A stretch of DNA of 63,477 bases, filler included, from Hyphochytrium catenoides (Eukaryota; Protista; Hyphochytriomycota): assembly GCA_900088475.1 (NCBI GenBank). It is 11 parts of 11 records of this genome, joined end to end, with 100 filler letters (N's around TTAATTAATTAA, not from the genome) between each part and the next. Parts side by side here need not be neighbours in the genome. Positions count along the whole stretch, not along the records: positions 46,180 to 48,352 come from FLMG01000959.1; positions 48,453 to 51,656 come from FLMG01001955.1; positions 51,757 to 63,477 come from FLMG01004254.1; 8 more parts are not named here. One strand, given 5' to 3'. The notes under the pieces were generated by a model. It was not told the origin of the DNA and searched no databases. It saw nothing but the letters and a program-made list of their open reading frames with translations. The translations under genes and the position numbers were made by a program. Numbering within the stretch: position 1 is the stretch's first letter; each line of letters starts with the position of its first letter. This document shows positions 46,180 through 59,600 of the stretch, one piece after another.

Positions 46180-48352
46180 GGCTCTAAAGAATATCTTCGA
46201 AAGGAGAAACAAGAAAGAGAACCAGCAGGACAGTTATGAGACAATCCTGATCTCCTCAATTCTCCAAAGCCTCCCTCCCTCCTTTGGCTCTATAGTAGGG
46301 CCACCTGTACGTCCTAGGGACTTCCTCTCTGGCTGCAAATGAGGTCATCAACCGTATTATCGCTGATGAACAGAGAAGAGTGTCTAGCTCTGTACACTTT
46401 CCGGATACTCTACCCTCTTCGGAGATGAATGCCCTTTCTGCTTCAGGGGAAAGGAAAAGAGAAGATCCCCATATCAGCGAAGACAGGAGAAACCTGCGCG
46501 TGGTAGCAGGCAGTGCGGCATCTGCCGGAAAAAGGGACATAACAGCGCAGACTGTTTTGAGCTTCCGGAGAACGCTGCTCGCAGGCCAACTGGCTGGAAG
46601 TCTCGCGTCCACGTGGACAAGTTGCCGTTGGTACAGGAACCCAGCAGTAAAAGCAATGCTCAGCAACTTAGTGCTCTCATAGCTGCTCTCCTATCCTCCA
46701 CTTCTTCTTCACCAGGAGCTCTATCATCAGTTGACACTAAGGATTGGGATTAGCCAATCAGTATGCAAAGTCTTCTGTCGAGTCTGGTGAATCCCTTACC
46801 CTAGCCTCTATCCAGCAGGCTGCAGCGAAGGCGAAAACCGTCCAGAGTAGCCACAAATGGCTGCTAGACAGTGAAGGCTCCAGTCACATTACTGGAGATC
46901 GATCACTCTTTCTCTCTTTCACTTCTATTGACCCTCTTCTCTCTTTACCGCTGACAACCGGCCAGTTTTTGCCCTGGGAAAGGAAAGCATACTTATCCCT
47001 GCTGCCAATAGAGCTACCACCCCTCTCTACCTGCTAAATGTGCTTTCTGCGCCAGGCTTTCCGAAGCATCTTCTCTCTATTGGACAATACATCCAAGACT
47101 CCTCTGGTGCAGCAGTGTTATTTACCTCAAATGGAGCTTACACTCTCAGTCCTTCGGTGGTCAAGGACATTGCAAAGAAGTTAACCTCACAAGAACAAGT
47201 GAGACGTATTGGTTTGACCAATGGAACCGTTTATTACTCCTCGGACACTGACGATGCGCGGGGACAAAGTGACTCTTCTTCTCCAAGACTAGCCGCAGCT
47301 ACGAGCAAGCAAGAGCCTATCACCCTGTGGCACAAACGGCTTAATCATCTTCACCACACAGATATTCGCAGACTAGCCCTGCAGGCTTCCGGCATAGCCC
47401 TTGATAGAGCTTCTCAGCAGCTCTGTCTTTATGAGACCTGCATTCTTGCGAAGCTAACTCGTAAGCCTTATCACGCTCAGCCCCGTAGAAAACAAGACTG
47501 CTGGAACTTCTGCACGCCGACGTTGGCATTGTCAATACTCGTAGCTATCAAGGCTATGTTCATTTTCTGCTCGTGGTGGATGATCACTCTCGGAGGTGCT
47601 TTGTGCAATTTCTTCGGAGCAAAGGAGAAGCAGAAGCTAAGTTGGAGGAACTCCTTCTTTTCATGGAGAACCAGACAGGTGAGCGCGTGAAGGAGATACG
47701 CTCCGATCGCGGGGGAGAGTTCGTTAGCAGTGCTGCACGCAGAGTGTGCTCTCGCCGCGGCATCGTGCACTCTCCTACACCTGCCTATTCCCCCTCTAGC
47801 AACGGCTGTTGTGAACGCTGGATGAGAACTGTCATGCAGGCGACGAGATGCCTTCTGATTGCTACTGACCTGCCTCGTTCTTTTTTTTTGGGCAGATGCA
47901 TTGGCCTCCGCAGTTCATGTGATCAATCGCTGTCCTACTGCTCCACTCGATGGCTCTACCCCCTACGAAAAGTGGTACGGCAAGCCGCCTGATGTTGGTC
48001 ATCTACGCGTCTTTGGTTCACTTGCGTATGCTTTAAAGCCGTCGACGATGCTGCGAAAGCTTGATGCGCGGAGCTCTCGCTATATCTTTGTAGGGTATGA
48101 CTCTGGCACCCATGACTATCGACTGTATGATCCTCTGACCAAGAGAATCTCTGTGCGGCGTGATGTGGTTATCGACCAGTCTCGCTCTGGGGCCTTTCTA
48201 CTCAAACAGGCAAAAAGGCACCAACACTATGACTATGTCTCTTTTATTCCCATCATAGGGAGCGAATTAGCAACTGCCGCTGAAGCAGGGCAGCAAGTAA
48301 GTGGTGAAGCGAGTGCAGCGAGACAAGCAGAAAAAGAAAGTGAACCTTCTGC
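46180..48352 (+). mobile_element. Second, distinct Ty1/Copia element (gag end, protease, integrase), degenerate
   Basis: Gag knuckle CGICRKKGHNSADC near 46512-46556; WLLDSEGSSHITGD; LWHKRLNH; RSDRGGEF; SNGCCER; HLRVFGS, IFVGYD..YRLYDP; several frameshifts. Confidence 0.92.
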
Positions 48353-48452
48353 NNNNNNNNNNNNNNNNNNNNNNNNNNNNNNNNNNNNNNNNNNNNTTAA
48401 TTAATTAANNNNNNNNNNNNNNNNNNNNNNNNNNNNNNNNNNNNNNNNNNNN

Positions 48453-49900
48453 CTGCGGAGTGTCATAGAAGCGCTCCTCCAGCATCTGGAAAGATAGCGA
48501 TCGCAGACTGAAGAGACACCGCAGTTAGAAAAGAGACGAGCAACTCAGCTTGAGGGGCGACTAGAGCAGAGTAGTCACCGCAAGACTAAAACTCTTGGGG
48601 CAGAAAAGCAGAAGAGAAGAGAAAAGGGAAGATGACAGGAAAGAGAGACTCATTGGACGAAGAGGCAGAAGAATCGCGTGGCCTCTAAAGGAAGGGAGGT
48701 ACTGGCCTGTGAGTTACAAAGAGGGACAAGGATGAAGTTTGCTTACTCCTGTTGAATCTCATGAGTGAGTCCGTTCAGTAGAGGCAGCTGCTCGTCAGCG
48801 TTGAAGACCAAGTCGTCAGCGATGTCCTTTATCGCCAAGATGACGTCTTCTTTGCCGTCTGTCAAAGCGGGTGCCTCCTCGATTCTTGATCCGCAAATCT
48901 CCTCAATTTGTCTTAGAAGTGGAGCACGATGCTGTCAATGAAAAAGAGAGAGAAGAGAAAGAGTTTTAAATGGTGGATGGACTATTAGCATCTTATAGTA
49001 TTTGGTGCTTTGACCAACAAGCCCGTTTACCTTCATCAAATCCAGTCCACGTGTCCTCTCATAGACGGCCATGTCAGCATCCCTGCAAAGGTAAAGCCAT
49101 TGTCAATTAACAGGCGATCGGAATCAGGGCTAGCAAGACAGTGAAAAAGAGACTTGGAGAGAGTAGGAAGAGGTGAGTGAGTGGACAGGGAGAGAGAAAG
49201 GGAGTGAGGGAAAGAAAGAGAGCCAACAGAGAGGAGAGAGCGAAAGGGCTGAGAAGGGAGAGTCCCTACTTGACGGCCTTGCACGAAGCTTTGGTGGTGT
49301 CGAAGAGGTTATTCAGTGTTTTGGGGATGGTCCAGATGGAGACAGGCTGTAAGTTAAACCAGCCTGGGCCCGTGCGGTCCGGGTACAGGGCCTTCGCAAA
49401 GACGGCAGCGCTCTGTAAGCACCGGTCGGCGGAGTCCGCGCTGTGAGGTAAGCCGTTCAGAAAGAGAAAAGAGAGAGAGAAAAATAGGGAAGAGAGATGG
49501 TAAAATATCAGCTTAAGAGTCAAACAGGTGAGCGAAAAAAAGAGAGAGAGAGAGTTATGCCGATCAATGCTAGCACAGAGAGAAACTGCTCGATAGAAAG
49601 GCTCTGCGCCTGAGAGAGAGCACACGGGACAGGATGCATGCCAGCCAGTGAGGACGAGACCGATTGAATCCCTTAATTCAGCTCTTATCTCTTTCTCTCA
49701 CTCTCTCTCTCTCTCCCCCCCCCTTTCTGGACCTTGTGTCTCCCCTCTTACATGAACTTTGTATGGAAGGAGACGTCAGCGGCACCGCCATAGGTTGGCG
49801 GCAGATACTTCATATCATGGACATAGCGCTGGCGGACGAACTGCCCGAAGGAGAATATTTGCTGCATACCTTTCCAATAAAAGCGTATCGATGGAAGAGA

Positions 49901-49973
<73 letters not shown>

Positions 49974-50025
49974 CGATTAGCCCGGCCATACTACCTCAAT
50001 CAAGCCTCAAGCACGAGATTAACTT

Positions 50026-50062
<37 letters not shown>

Positions 50063-50407
50063 TCGCGTCCTCTCTCTCTCTTGTTCACGCTCTCCCTCTC
50101 TCTTCTTTGCCACAATCTTCTCCCTTCTCGATTTGAGCGTCTCACCTATCTCTGTCAGCTGAGCATAAGGCACATGATAAGAATGGTGGTTGTCAAGGTC
50201 ATTGGGACAGAGTTTGGCAGTCACTTCATTCGGAGCACGGCTACCGTGCCGCGTGAGAGATTGGACCAGGACCAGCTTGCTGCACAGAGAAAGAGAGAGA
50301 AGGGGAGAGAGTATGAGGGAGAGGGTGAAAGGTTGAGTTAGAGGGCAGGTGTCAAGAGAGAGAGAGAAATAGAGGACGAGACAAAGTTGAAAGTGAGAGA
50401 GGGAGAA

Positions 50408-50463
<56 letters not shown>

Positions 50464-50536
50464 AAAAGATAAGCAAGAGAGTGCGGGTGTCAGAGAGAGA
50501 GAGATTAGAGCGCGCGACAGAGAAAGAAAGAGAGAG

Positions 50537-50567
<31 letters not shown>

Positions 50568-50788
50568 GAAAGAGAGGGAGAGAGAGAGAGAAAGAAGAGG
50601 GAGGGGGAAAGAGAAGAAGGAGCAGCTAAGCTAGCTCAATGTCCTGTAAGCGCAAGGCTCAACCTCTCCCGAGAGAGAAGCAGCATGAGAGGGCAGACTA
50701 GGGAGAGAGCTTGCTGTTCCTTTTACCTTTCACTCTCAGCGACAGCGGCGACCAGCAGCGCGGCAAGAAGACTCAAGCTGCGGGCCAT
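48453..50788 (-). CDS. Histidine acid phosphatase (secreted/lysosomal type), 3'-partial, multi-exon
   Basis: Signal-peptide exon MARSLSLLAALLVAAVAESE spliced to KLVLVQSLTRHGSRAP (RHGxRxP), then QLTEIG-MQQIFSFGQFVRQRY and DRCLQSAAVFAKALYP. Confidence 0.88.
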
Positions 50789-51019
50789 CGTGGCTTCTTT
50801 CCTTCTCCTCGTTGCCTGTCAAGCGCTGCTGCCGGCAACTGAAGGTCAAAGGCAAGCGAGGACTGTGGTGCCCAAGAGGCAAATAGTGGAATGGATGATG
50901 GCGGATGAAGGCGGATGGTCGACTAGGCTTCCTGAGGGAAGTGCAGCATCCTTTCTCTTGTTTGTTCTCTCTCTCTGTTGCCCTTATTTCTCTCTCTCTC
51001 TTCCCTTTCTCTCTCTTCT

Positions 51020-51072
<53 letters not shown>

Positions 51073-51887
51073 CTTTCTCTCTCTATGATTCGACGACCAG
51101 AGGGAAGGAAGTTCAATCAATATCCACAGCTACGAGCAGTAATAATATAATATTAATATCAGAGCCATTTATAGAGGAGCATATTATTGCGGAGCAAAGG
51201 GCGTCACAAAGGACAGCATCGAAGGGACAAACCACGAACAAACTCTATTTTGGTATAAATCCACATAAACAACTCAATAAATCGTACATAAACTTCCAAC
51301 TCCAATATAAAAAAGTGTCCTGATGCAGAATAATACCTAGGATGAAGCCAAAATGTAACCAATAGTGATTAGCTATATCTAGAATACAATAATAATCATC
51401 CCAAAAAAGATGTGTCTAGGAAAGACCTTTATAGATGATGCTTTGGCCTTCATCTGTTCCTACATGTACTTTTATTTAGTTACTGGTTGGAGAAACTAAA
51501 AAGCGGAGAAACTACATACCAGACGTTATGCATAGCCTACGACTACTGTCGTCTCTTCCACCTCCACACTCCACCACACCACCACTACTAGAGAAGACCT
51601 CCGGCGACAGCTCCAGGAAGCTGACCCAAGATCGCATCCTCCATATGCGCAGGCAGNNNNNNNNNNNNNNNNNNNNNNNNNNNNNNNNNNNNNNNNNNNN
51701 TTAATTAATTAANNNNNNNNNNNNNNNNNNNNNNNNNNNNNNNNNNNNNNNNNNNNTGAACTATGACACAGAGGCTTGTTTGTGGGTCCTGACGAGGAGA
51801 GAAGAAAATAGAATTAGGAGCGCCAAGAGAGAGAGCGCGAGAGAATGGGGAGGAGGGAGAAAGAGGAAACACTGAGCGCGGGTTGAG

Positions 51888-51919
<32 letters not shown>

Positions 51920-53279
51920 TTGGTCTTCTGGACCGAGGAGGAGAAGAAGGATGCTGCCAATCAACGAAAGATTTTGTGATGACAGGGCGGCGTAACCTCA
52001 GGAATCATAGAACCTCAGCCAATAGTCTATAAAGGACAGGTGATTCTACGCGGCTTTCTTTGGGTCAGAAGGATTTGGAAGGTTGGCCCTTGGAAGATTC
52101 TGACACACCTTCAACCACCTTAGGGAGCCGCTAACGGTACTTGTTTGATCTCCCTCTCTTTATAAAGTTTTTCCTTGTCCATTATCTTAGCTCTCTCTTC
52201 TTCCGGCTGCTTCTCCTCTCTCTTCTGCTGCCTCCTTACCTCTGTCTCTTCTCTTTCTCTCTCTTTCTTACTCTTTCTGCTCGTTCTTCCTCTTTCTTCC
52301 CGTCTTCTCTCTCTTCTTCCGACTTCTTCGTTTCCTCTCTCTTCTTTCTCTCTCTTTCTTACTCTTTCCTGCTCTTTCTTCATCTTCTTCCTGTCTTCTC
52401 TCTCTTCTTCTGCTTCGGTCACCTAAGTAGTACTACTTTTACTATCTTCTGTGCTCTGGCTGCTTCTCTCTCCTCCGCCTGGCGCCGCCGTATACTTTCT
52501 TTCTCTCTTCTCTCTTCTCTTTCGACGATCTATCTTTTTTCTTTCTCGTTCTCCAATTCCTTTGTTTGCTTCTCTCTCCTGGTCATATATCTATCATCAT
52601 GGAGGAGTTGTTAGTTCTCTCCTCCTTCTTCGCTAGGATGATCGATGATGAACAGTGCTCTTTCTCTTCACTCATGAATCTCTGCTGCTGCTGCTGCTGC
52701 TGATGATGACAGAAAAAGGAGACACATCGCCCTTTGATGGCAGGCGTCATCTTCTCTTGTTCTCTCTCTCTTTTTCCTGATATCTTCTGACAGGTGAGGA
52801 GAAAGAAGAGGAGAGAAGAAGGTAGATAAAATAAAGAGAGACGAAGGAGAAGAAGAGAAGGCGTGACCTGCTGGTTGAAATCTCTCTCTCTCTCTCTCTT
52901 GCTCTTCTTTTTCTTTCTAAGGAAAAGGAAGACGAAAGAAGGGAGGGAGAGGCAAAAACTATAGAAAAGGAGAGAGAGACACTGCTATGGCTATCACTCT
53001 TTCCTTTGTTCTCGCTTTCTTTATAAGGAAGATTTTCTGATCTCTTCACTATTTATTATTATCATTCATCTTATTCTTTGTTTAGAAAGGAGAAAGCTTT
53101 CTCTTTATAGAAAAAAAAGGTAACAAACAAGAAAGAAGGCAACGCTGAAGCTCTTTCCTCGTCAGCCGAAGAAGAAGAGAGAGAAGGTTCTCTTCTCCTT
53201 TCTCTTTCTTAGCTCACCTTGCCCACCAGAAGAGAGAGAGAGAGAGACAGCAGACAGATCTAACATAAGAAGACAGGCT

Positions 53280-53464
53280 TTAGAAGGGTCTGCCAGTGGA
53301 GCAGCCTTGTGTCTCGGCGTCCCAGTTCTGTTGGATTAGATACTTGCGGCCGTCAACCTCGACATTGTACTCTGCGCCGTTTGTGAGACGGCTGGTCTTC
53401 CCGTACTTGAAGCCACTGCAGAGGGTAGCCGTAGATAGACCAACAACAAAGAGAGAGAGAGAGA

Positions 53465-53498
<34 letters not shown>

Positions 53499-53589
53499 TG
53501 TGTAAGAATGGCGACATCTTTGCTGCGTTGGGGAGGTTACCAAGGGGGAAAAAGTAACAACGGCAGATAAGAAGGAAGAGAACGGAGTT

Positions 53590-53624
<35 letters not shown>

Positions 53625-54476
53625 CTATCCCACAATAAAACTTACCACTTGTCAGCATTCTCATAGCCCTGGGCGTCCTGCCAGGCCCTGAGCTCCTCCA
53701 CATCCGAGACGGGGTCGCTCACCGCCTCCACGAGCTCATGGGCAAAGACAGAGAGAAGCGCATCCACGCCCACGTCATTGTTCGGAGACACTCTCTGGTT
53801 CTTAGGCGAGCACCCAGACAGGCAGCGGTTGGGGTTGCCGACGAAAGAATAAAAGTATCTTCTCTCCTCAATCTTCATAGAGACGTGGTACCCGCAATAG
53901 TTCCTGCAGAACGCAGCGTTCCCTAGATCTGGCCGGATCTGCTCACTGACATCAGCCGAGGAGAGAAAGAAGTAGATGGCCGTGTCATCATCAGGCAGAT
54001 CCCCAGACTTTATATATTTGGTCAGCAGGTCTGGGATCGCGTTTCCAGAGATTCTCTTCCCAAGAGAATAGCTATCGGTGTACGTCTTCCCTAGCCTGAT
54101 GCCGTTCTCTACCTTGACAAACTCCTTGGGCGAGGTGCTGTTGGCCTGGAAGTAGTAGGTGCTCATGATGTTATACCACTCTGTCTTGTCCACGTTGCCG
54201 CTAAAGTGCTCGACCGTCTCCTTCTGCTGCTCCGTCCAGTTTCCATAGTAGAGAAGATGGACGTACGTGGGACCCACGAGGACAGGGTTCCCCATCGTAT
54301 ATTTGATGGCATCCGTGGCGGCAGAAGAGGAGTCTTCTCCCTCTCCTCCAAAGATGTCTTTCCCTCTTTGATCCTCTCCGCCGATAAAAGGAGATTCGTA
54401 GGTGGTTGGGTAGATGAAGTGGTTGGCCGCGGAGGCGAGAGAGAAAGACGAGAGGAGAAAGAGAGAGAGTCTTCAT
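53280..54476 (-). CDS. Phi-1/EXORDIUM-like protein; exons 54476-53646 (frameshift near the start as assembled) and 53415-53280
   Basis: PVLVGPTYVHLLYYGNW, WYNI..TY, FCRNYCGYH, YSFVGNP, SPNNDVGVDAL..AHELVEAVSDP, AW, ENADKC, YLIQQNW. Confidence 0.88.
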
Positions 54477-55104
54477 GATGCTGGAAGATGATGACGACCT
54501 TGTGCTCCTTCTTCTTTCTTTGTTGCAGCTGTCTGCCATCGAAAGGAAGAGCTGTTGCTGTTTTGCTGAGGATGTTCTGGAAGCGTTGCTCCTGCGCTGT
54601 CGACAGTAAACTGTGAAGTGAGACTTGAAGGGCGGAGGAGAAAGAAGAGAGGACCTTGTCTGTCTTTCTTTCTCTTTATTTGCTCGTCTATGTTGACCCA
54701 AGACCCAGGTGTTCCTTCCTATCCAATCTTTGAGGGGCAGGAGGGGAAGTGGGAGAGAGTGAGAGAGAGAGAGAGAAGTAGCTGAAGAGATCCAACACTC
54801 TCTTTTTTCCGTGTGGAGATGAAGGAACAAGATCATTCGGATCTATCCTGGGACGCAGGTTGTTTGAACCGCTCTCTGTATCCTTGCTCTCCGTTGTTCT
54901 CTCTTTCTGTCTTCGCTCTCCTCTTGTCTCTCTCTCTCTCTCTTCTCCAATGTGTATCGCGCAGGAGCTAGAAACAGGGCAGCAGTAGGGATAAACAGGT
55001 TCTTCCATTCATGAGTGGCTTCCAACGATTCCAAGCCAGAAGAGAATAAGTCTTCCTCGCTATCCGTCAATCACGCACGGTGACAGATGTCTTTCCTATC
55101 CCTA

Positions 55105-55164
<60 letters not shown>

Positions 55165-55434
55165 CTTGTGGAGCTGCCCTCTTTCGCTGGTCTGGACTCC
55201 TTCCCTTTGTTCTCTCTTTCTCCTTTAAGATCCCTTTCTCTCCCCTTCCGGCTTCCAATCGACCTGATTGATCTCTCTCTCCAAAGGTGCGTCTGACTTC
55301 AACCTCTGCTCCTTCCCGTCAGCTCCGCCAAGAACTACGGTCCTTGAAGCCCTTCTGGCATATCTTGTTCTCTCTTTGTTTTTCTCTTCCTTTACCTCTC
55401 TCTCTGTTCCTGTTCCATCATCTTTCTCTCTCAT

Positions 55435-55466
<32 letters not shown>

Positions 55467-55795
55467 ATTTATACCAAGCCTTCGAGCTGAGAAGTGCAAA
55501 CATAGTGCACGGTCTAAGAAATGTCTTGAGGAAGAAGAGAAGCGATCGCAGCATTGTATGTGGTGCACAACTGGTAGAACAACCTCAACGCTGTTCCGCG
55601 CCTCACTTCTTCCATTTCTCTCTTTCCTACTTCCTCTGTTTCTTCCTCGGCTGTTGTCTGCTATTTCCCTTTCTTTTCTGCTTCTCTGTCTCTCCCTCTC
55701 TCTCTGTCACCTGCTCCCGCCATCTCCTTCTCTCTGTCCTCCTGTTATCTGTCTCGCCTCTCTTTGTTTGTTTATTTAGCTATGTCTAGATTTCA

Positions 55796-55840
<45 letters not shown>

Positions 55841-56164
55841 ACTCTCTCTCTTTCCCTCTTTTGCGTGTCTCTTTCTCTCTCTCTCACGCTCAGATAAAAC
55901 GGTAGTCGAACTTTGGATGGCTGCTTCTTGGTTTCGGTTGTTTCATGATCCTGCGTCACAGAAAGCAGTACTTCCGCTATTTGAGAGCCAAAAGATCGTA
56001 TTTCGGCGCTAATTCGGGTGAACGTGGTAATATCGGTGCTAGCCTTGCCGGAATGTTTGTCTCTTCTCTCTCTCTCTCTGTCTCTCCTCTTTCCCAAGTA
56101 GTTTGATGATGCTCGTCTCTTCTTTCCCTCTCTCTGTCTCTCCCCTCTCCTAAGTAGTTCAATG

Positions 56165-56190
56165 AGGGTTAGGCCTAACCCTAACCCTAA
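56165..56190. repeat. Short interstitial telomere-like (TTAGGG/CCCTAA) repeat containing an 18-bp palindrome
   Basis: AGGGTTAGG-CCTAACCCT-AACCCTAA. Confidence 0.6.
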
Positions 56191-56639
56191 GTTTCTCTTT
56201 CTCTTTCTTCCACGCGTACTCACGAAGTTCCACGGAGCCTCTCTCTCTCTCGCTCTCCCCCTCTCACGTAGTCCAACCCTAAAGGAACTCTTTCTCTCTT
56301 TCTCACGTCGTTCAATGGAACATAGCGGCTTAGAAAATTATTGGAAGGAGACCATAGAGAAAGTGTGATGCGGCCTGCAGTCGACCGGCCGCGCCGCCTT
56401 CCTTCTAAAGCAAGGGACGACCGTATCCGAGAGACACAAAGGCGAAAGCAGGCAGAAGAAGGAACATCGCGCCGTCTAAAGAGGAACCCAAGAGAGACAG
56501 AGGGAGAGCAGAGAGTAATGTCGACAAAGAGAAATGATCGTGGTCGACGTCATTCGCTTTTCTGCTTGCAGTCTCTCTCTCTCTCTTTTCCCCTCTCTCT
56601 CTCTCTCTGAAAAACTTCTCATCATCTCTTGAGGTCAAT

Positions 56640-59600
56640 GAGTCATTCGTCTGGAGCGGATATCACACTTCGGACCGTCTTACTATTATAGCTCGAAGCC
56701 TTCTCCTTTTCATTCCCACTGCGTCTGATGTCAGCAGGGCTGCACACAGGGCTGCACACAAGATAGAGAGAGGTAAAAGGGCATCTGGCAAAGATACCAA
56801 GGGAGAGAGAGAGAGAGAGAGAAAGATTGGAGGAGAGAGTAGAAGAGAAGGAGAACCTACGAAGGCGATAGTAGGAGAGAAACAGCTTAGTTCCTCTCCC
56901 ATTCGTTGTGTTCTTTCTCTCTCTGCAATAGATAAACAGGGAAAGAAAGAGTGTTCTCTCACACGAAGTAAGAGACAGAGAGAAAGCTGAGCTAGCAGCT
57001 TCGATCTCTCTCTCCCTAAGTAAGAAGAGAAGAGGAGAACTCTGTCTCCAGAGTTTGCAGAGACATCTTCAGCATCTTCACAGCCGAGAGATCCACGCCT
57101 TGTGTTCCTAGCTGCCTGACTCTCTCACAAAGGGCAAGACTTCTCTCTCCTTTATCGAAGTCGCGCATCCATAATGAGAGACGGACAAGAGGAAGAGAGA
57201 AGACAGAAAGGACAGTGAGAGAGAGAGAGACAACAGAGAGAGAAGGGGTGTAAAGATCAACATAAGCTTTCCGCAGCTTCAGAACAGACACCTAGATCAC
57301 CATTGAGAAGATCCAGAAAAGAGAGAGAGACATGGAGTGGAAGAGAGCAGCCAAGCCAATAGGAATGAGCCTAATAAAATAAGGTGAAGACAGATGGATC
57401 TGTGCTCGGACAGAGCCTTTTCTCTCTTCTCTCTCACCTGTCACCAGGACGCCCTTCAACACATAGCGCAGACCTTCCTGTCTCCTTGTGGATACTCCTC
57501 CGCCCTTGTCTATCTCTTTCTGCGTGCGCTCTCTCTCTCTGGCTTTCCTTTCTTCTGCCTTCATTCTCTCGTTCTTCTCTCTTTTGTCTATCTCTTCCCT
57601 CTCTACTCTGAGTCTAAAGGCAATGACAGCTTCTAAACTCAAGGAGGAAGAGGAGTTTGCGAGCACAGCTGCAGAGTCTAGCAGTTCTCTCTCCATCCTG
57701 TTGAGCTCGTGAGGAAGTTGCTCCTGATCCAGGAGAGAAACATCTTCAGCAAAATGGTTGCTCTTGAACACTTTCTCCCGGAGATGGACCTGTGTGCAGT
57801 TAGGACGACATGGAAAGAAGAGACAGTTGAGGACCACCAGCTAACAGAGAGAAGAGAGAGAGAGAGAGAGAGAATAGCAACGAGAGACACTGCTCCAGGG
57901 AGGATCAAAGATCTCAGCATAATCAACAGAGAGCAGGGCAATACAGCAGAACAGCAGGAAGAGAGAGAGGAAAGACGAACCATCAGAACGAGAGGAAACT
58001 GTTCTTTCTAGTTTAGGGAGAGAGAGAGAGCGAGAGAGAGAGAGAGAGGTAGAGGCAGACAGGCAGCGGGGACGAAGCAGGGAAGTGGAAGTACTTACTA
58101 GATCCCGAATCAGCACGTCATAGCGCTGCACCTGCTCCCACTTAGTGCTAAGAAGGTGCTTCATTATCGACGGCGCGTCCTGGATCTGGCGGATCTTATC
58201 GCGAACTTGACTGGCATAATGCTCGAGCGTTGCCAGCGCCCAGTAGCGGCGGTAAGCACGGCCCGCTCTCTCTCTCTCCTCGCTAGAAAAGACAGGGGAA
58301 GAGAGGCCACTGGCGAGCTTCTCTTCCACCTTTAGCCTAAGGTGTCCAAAGGTATGACAAGAGAGGGCGAGGGAAAGGGTTGAAAAGATAGACATGGAAG
58401 CCGGACACCAGAGAGGAGAGGAGATTGGAATCTGGGACGAGAAGAAGCCATTGACCAGCGAGAGAGGTCGGAAAGGGAGAGGAAGAAACTTCAGAGAGAG
58501 ATGTGTCTACCAAGAGAAAGACGTACTTCTCAATCCAGGTTGAAGGAGCTGAGGATGATCCCAGAGGAAGACCCAAGGCATCAGCCTGTACCTCAGAGAC
58601 AAGAGGAGCAATATTAACAAGAGGAGAAAAAGAACAACCGCTAGCAGAGAGAGAGGAACAAAGAAAGAGAGCGAGAGAGAGAGGGAGAGAGAGATGTGGG
58701 TAAGCGAAGGAACGAAAAGAAATCAGAGAAAGGGGAAGACACCGTTTTAAGTGCGAGAGTGCGGCCTATGACTGGGAGAAAGGAAGGGAAACGTACCTTC
58801 TGGCTCACTTCCTGGTAGAACTTGCGGGCTTCCTAGAGGAACATGGACGCAGAGAAAGAAGGACGAGGAAAGAGAAATAGAGAGTCAGAGAAAGCAAGAG
58901 AATGAAGGGAAGAGGACGGACAAGGGCAGGGCAAGAGAGTGGGAGCGAGCGAGAGAGATAGAGAGCAGGAGAAACGTTGCGGAAAAAGCAGCAAACATAG
59001 AGTTGCTATAATGAAAAGAAGAGGAGTTGCACAAGGACTGGCCACAACGCCAGGAGAGAGAAAGAGAGAGAAATAGATAGTCAAGAATCAGAATAGTCTT
59101 CATGGGACAGGCAGAGAGAGAGAGAGAGAAAGCCAAAGGGGAGCTGAAAAGGAAAGCTTTACCGTTTCAGTGCCAAGTTCCTGCGTAAGAAGACTATCGA
59201 AGAGGAGAAGGATGTCTTTCTTGTTCCGCTTGAGTTTCTCTGCTGCTCTTGACCTCACGTGGTCGCTTAGCTAAATAAAGGGAGAGAGGGGACAATGAAG
59301 TGTGAGCCTGGTGGGGGAGAGAAGAGAGAACTGGGCGAAGGGGAATCAGTCCGTACTATCATCTAACTCTCTCTCTTTCTCTCTCTCTCTGTCCTGTAGG
59401 TTCCCCCACTGCTTTGCCGTCCTTCCCTACTCCTTGAACCTTCTTTCTCCAACAGAATCTCTCTCTTCCTCAGCTCTGCCATCATTCTATATCTCAGGCA
59501 GTAGCAAGATCCCTTCTTCCCTGTTCCCCCTCTGTCTCTGTCTCTCTCTCCCTTGACGTCTTTCAGCCTAGGGATCGCGCTTCTATCCTCTGTTTCCCAC

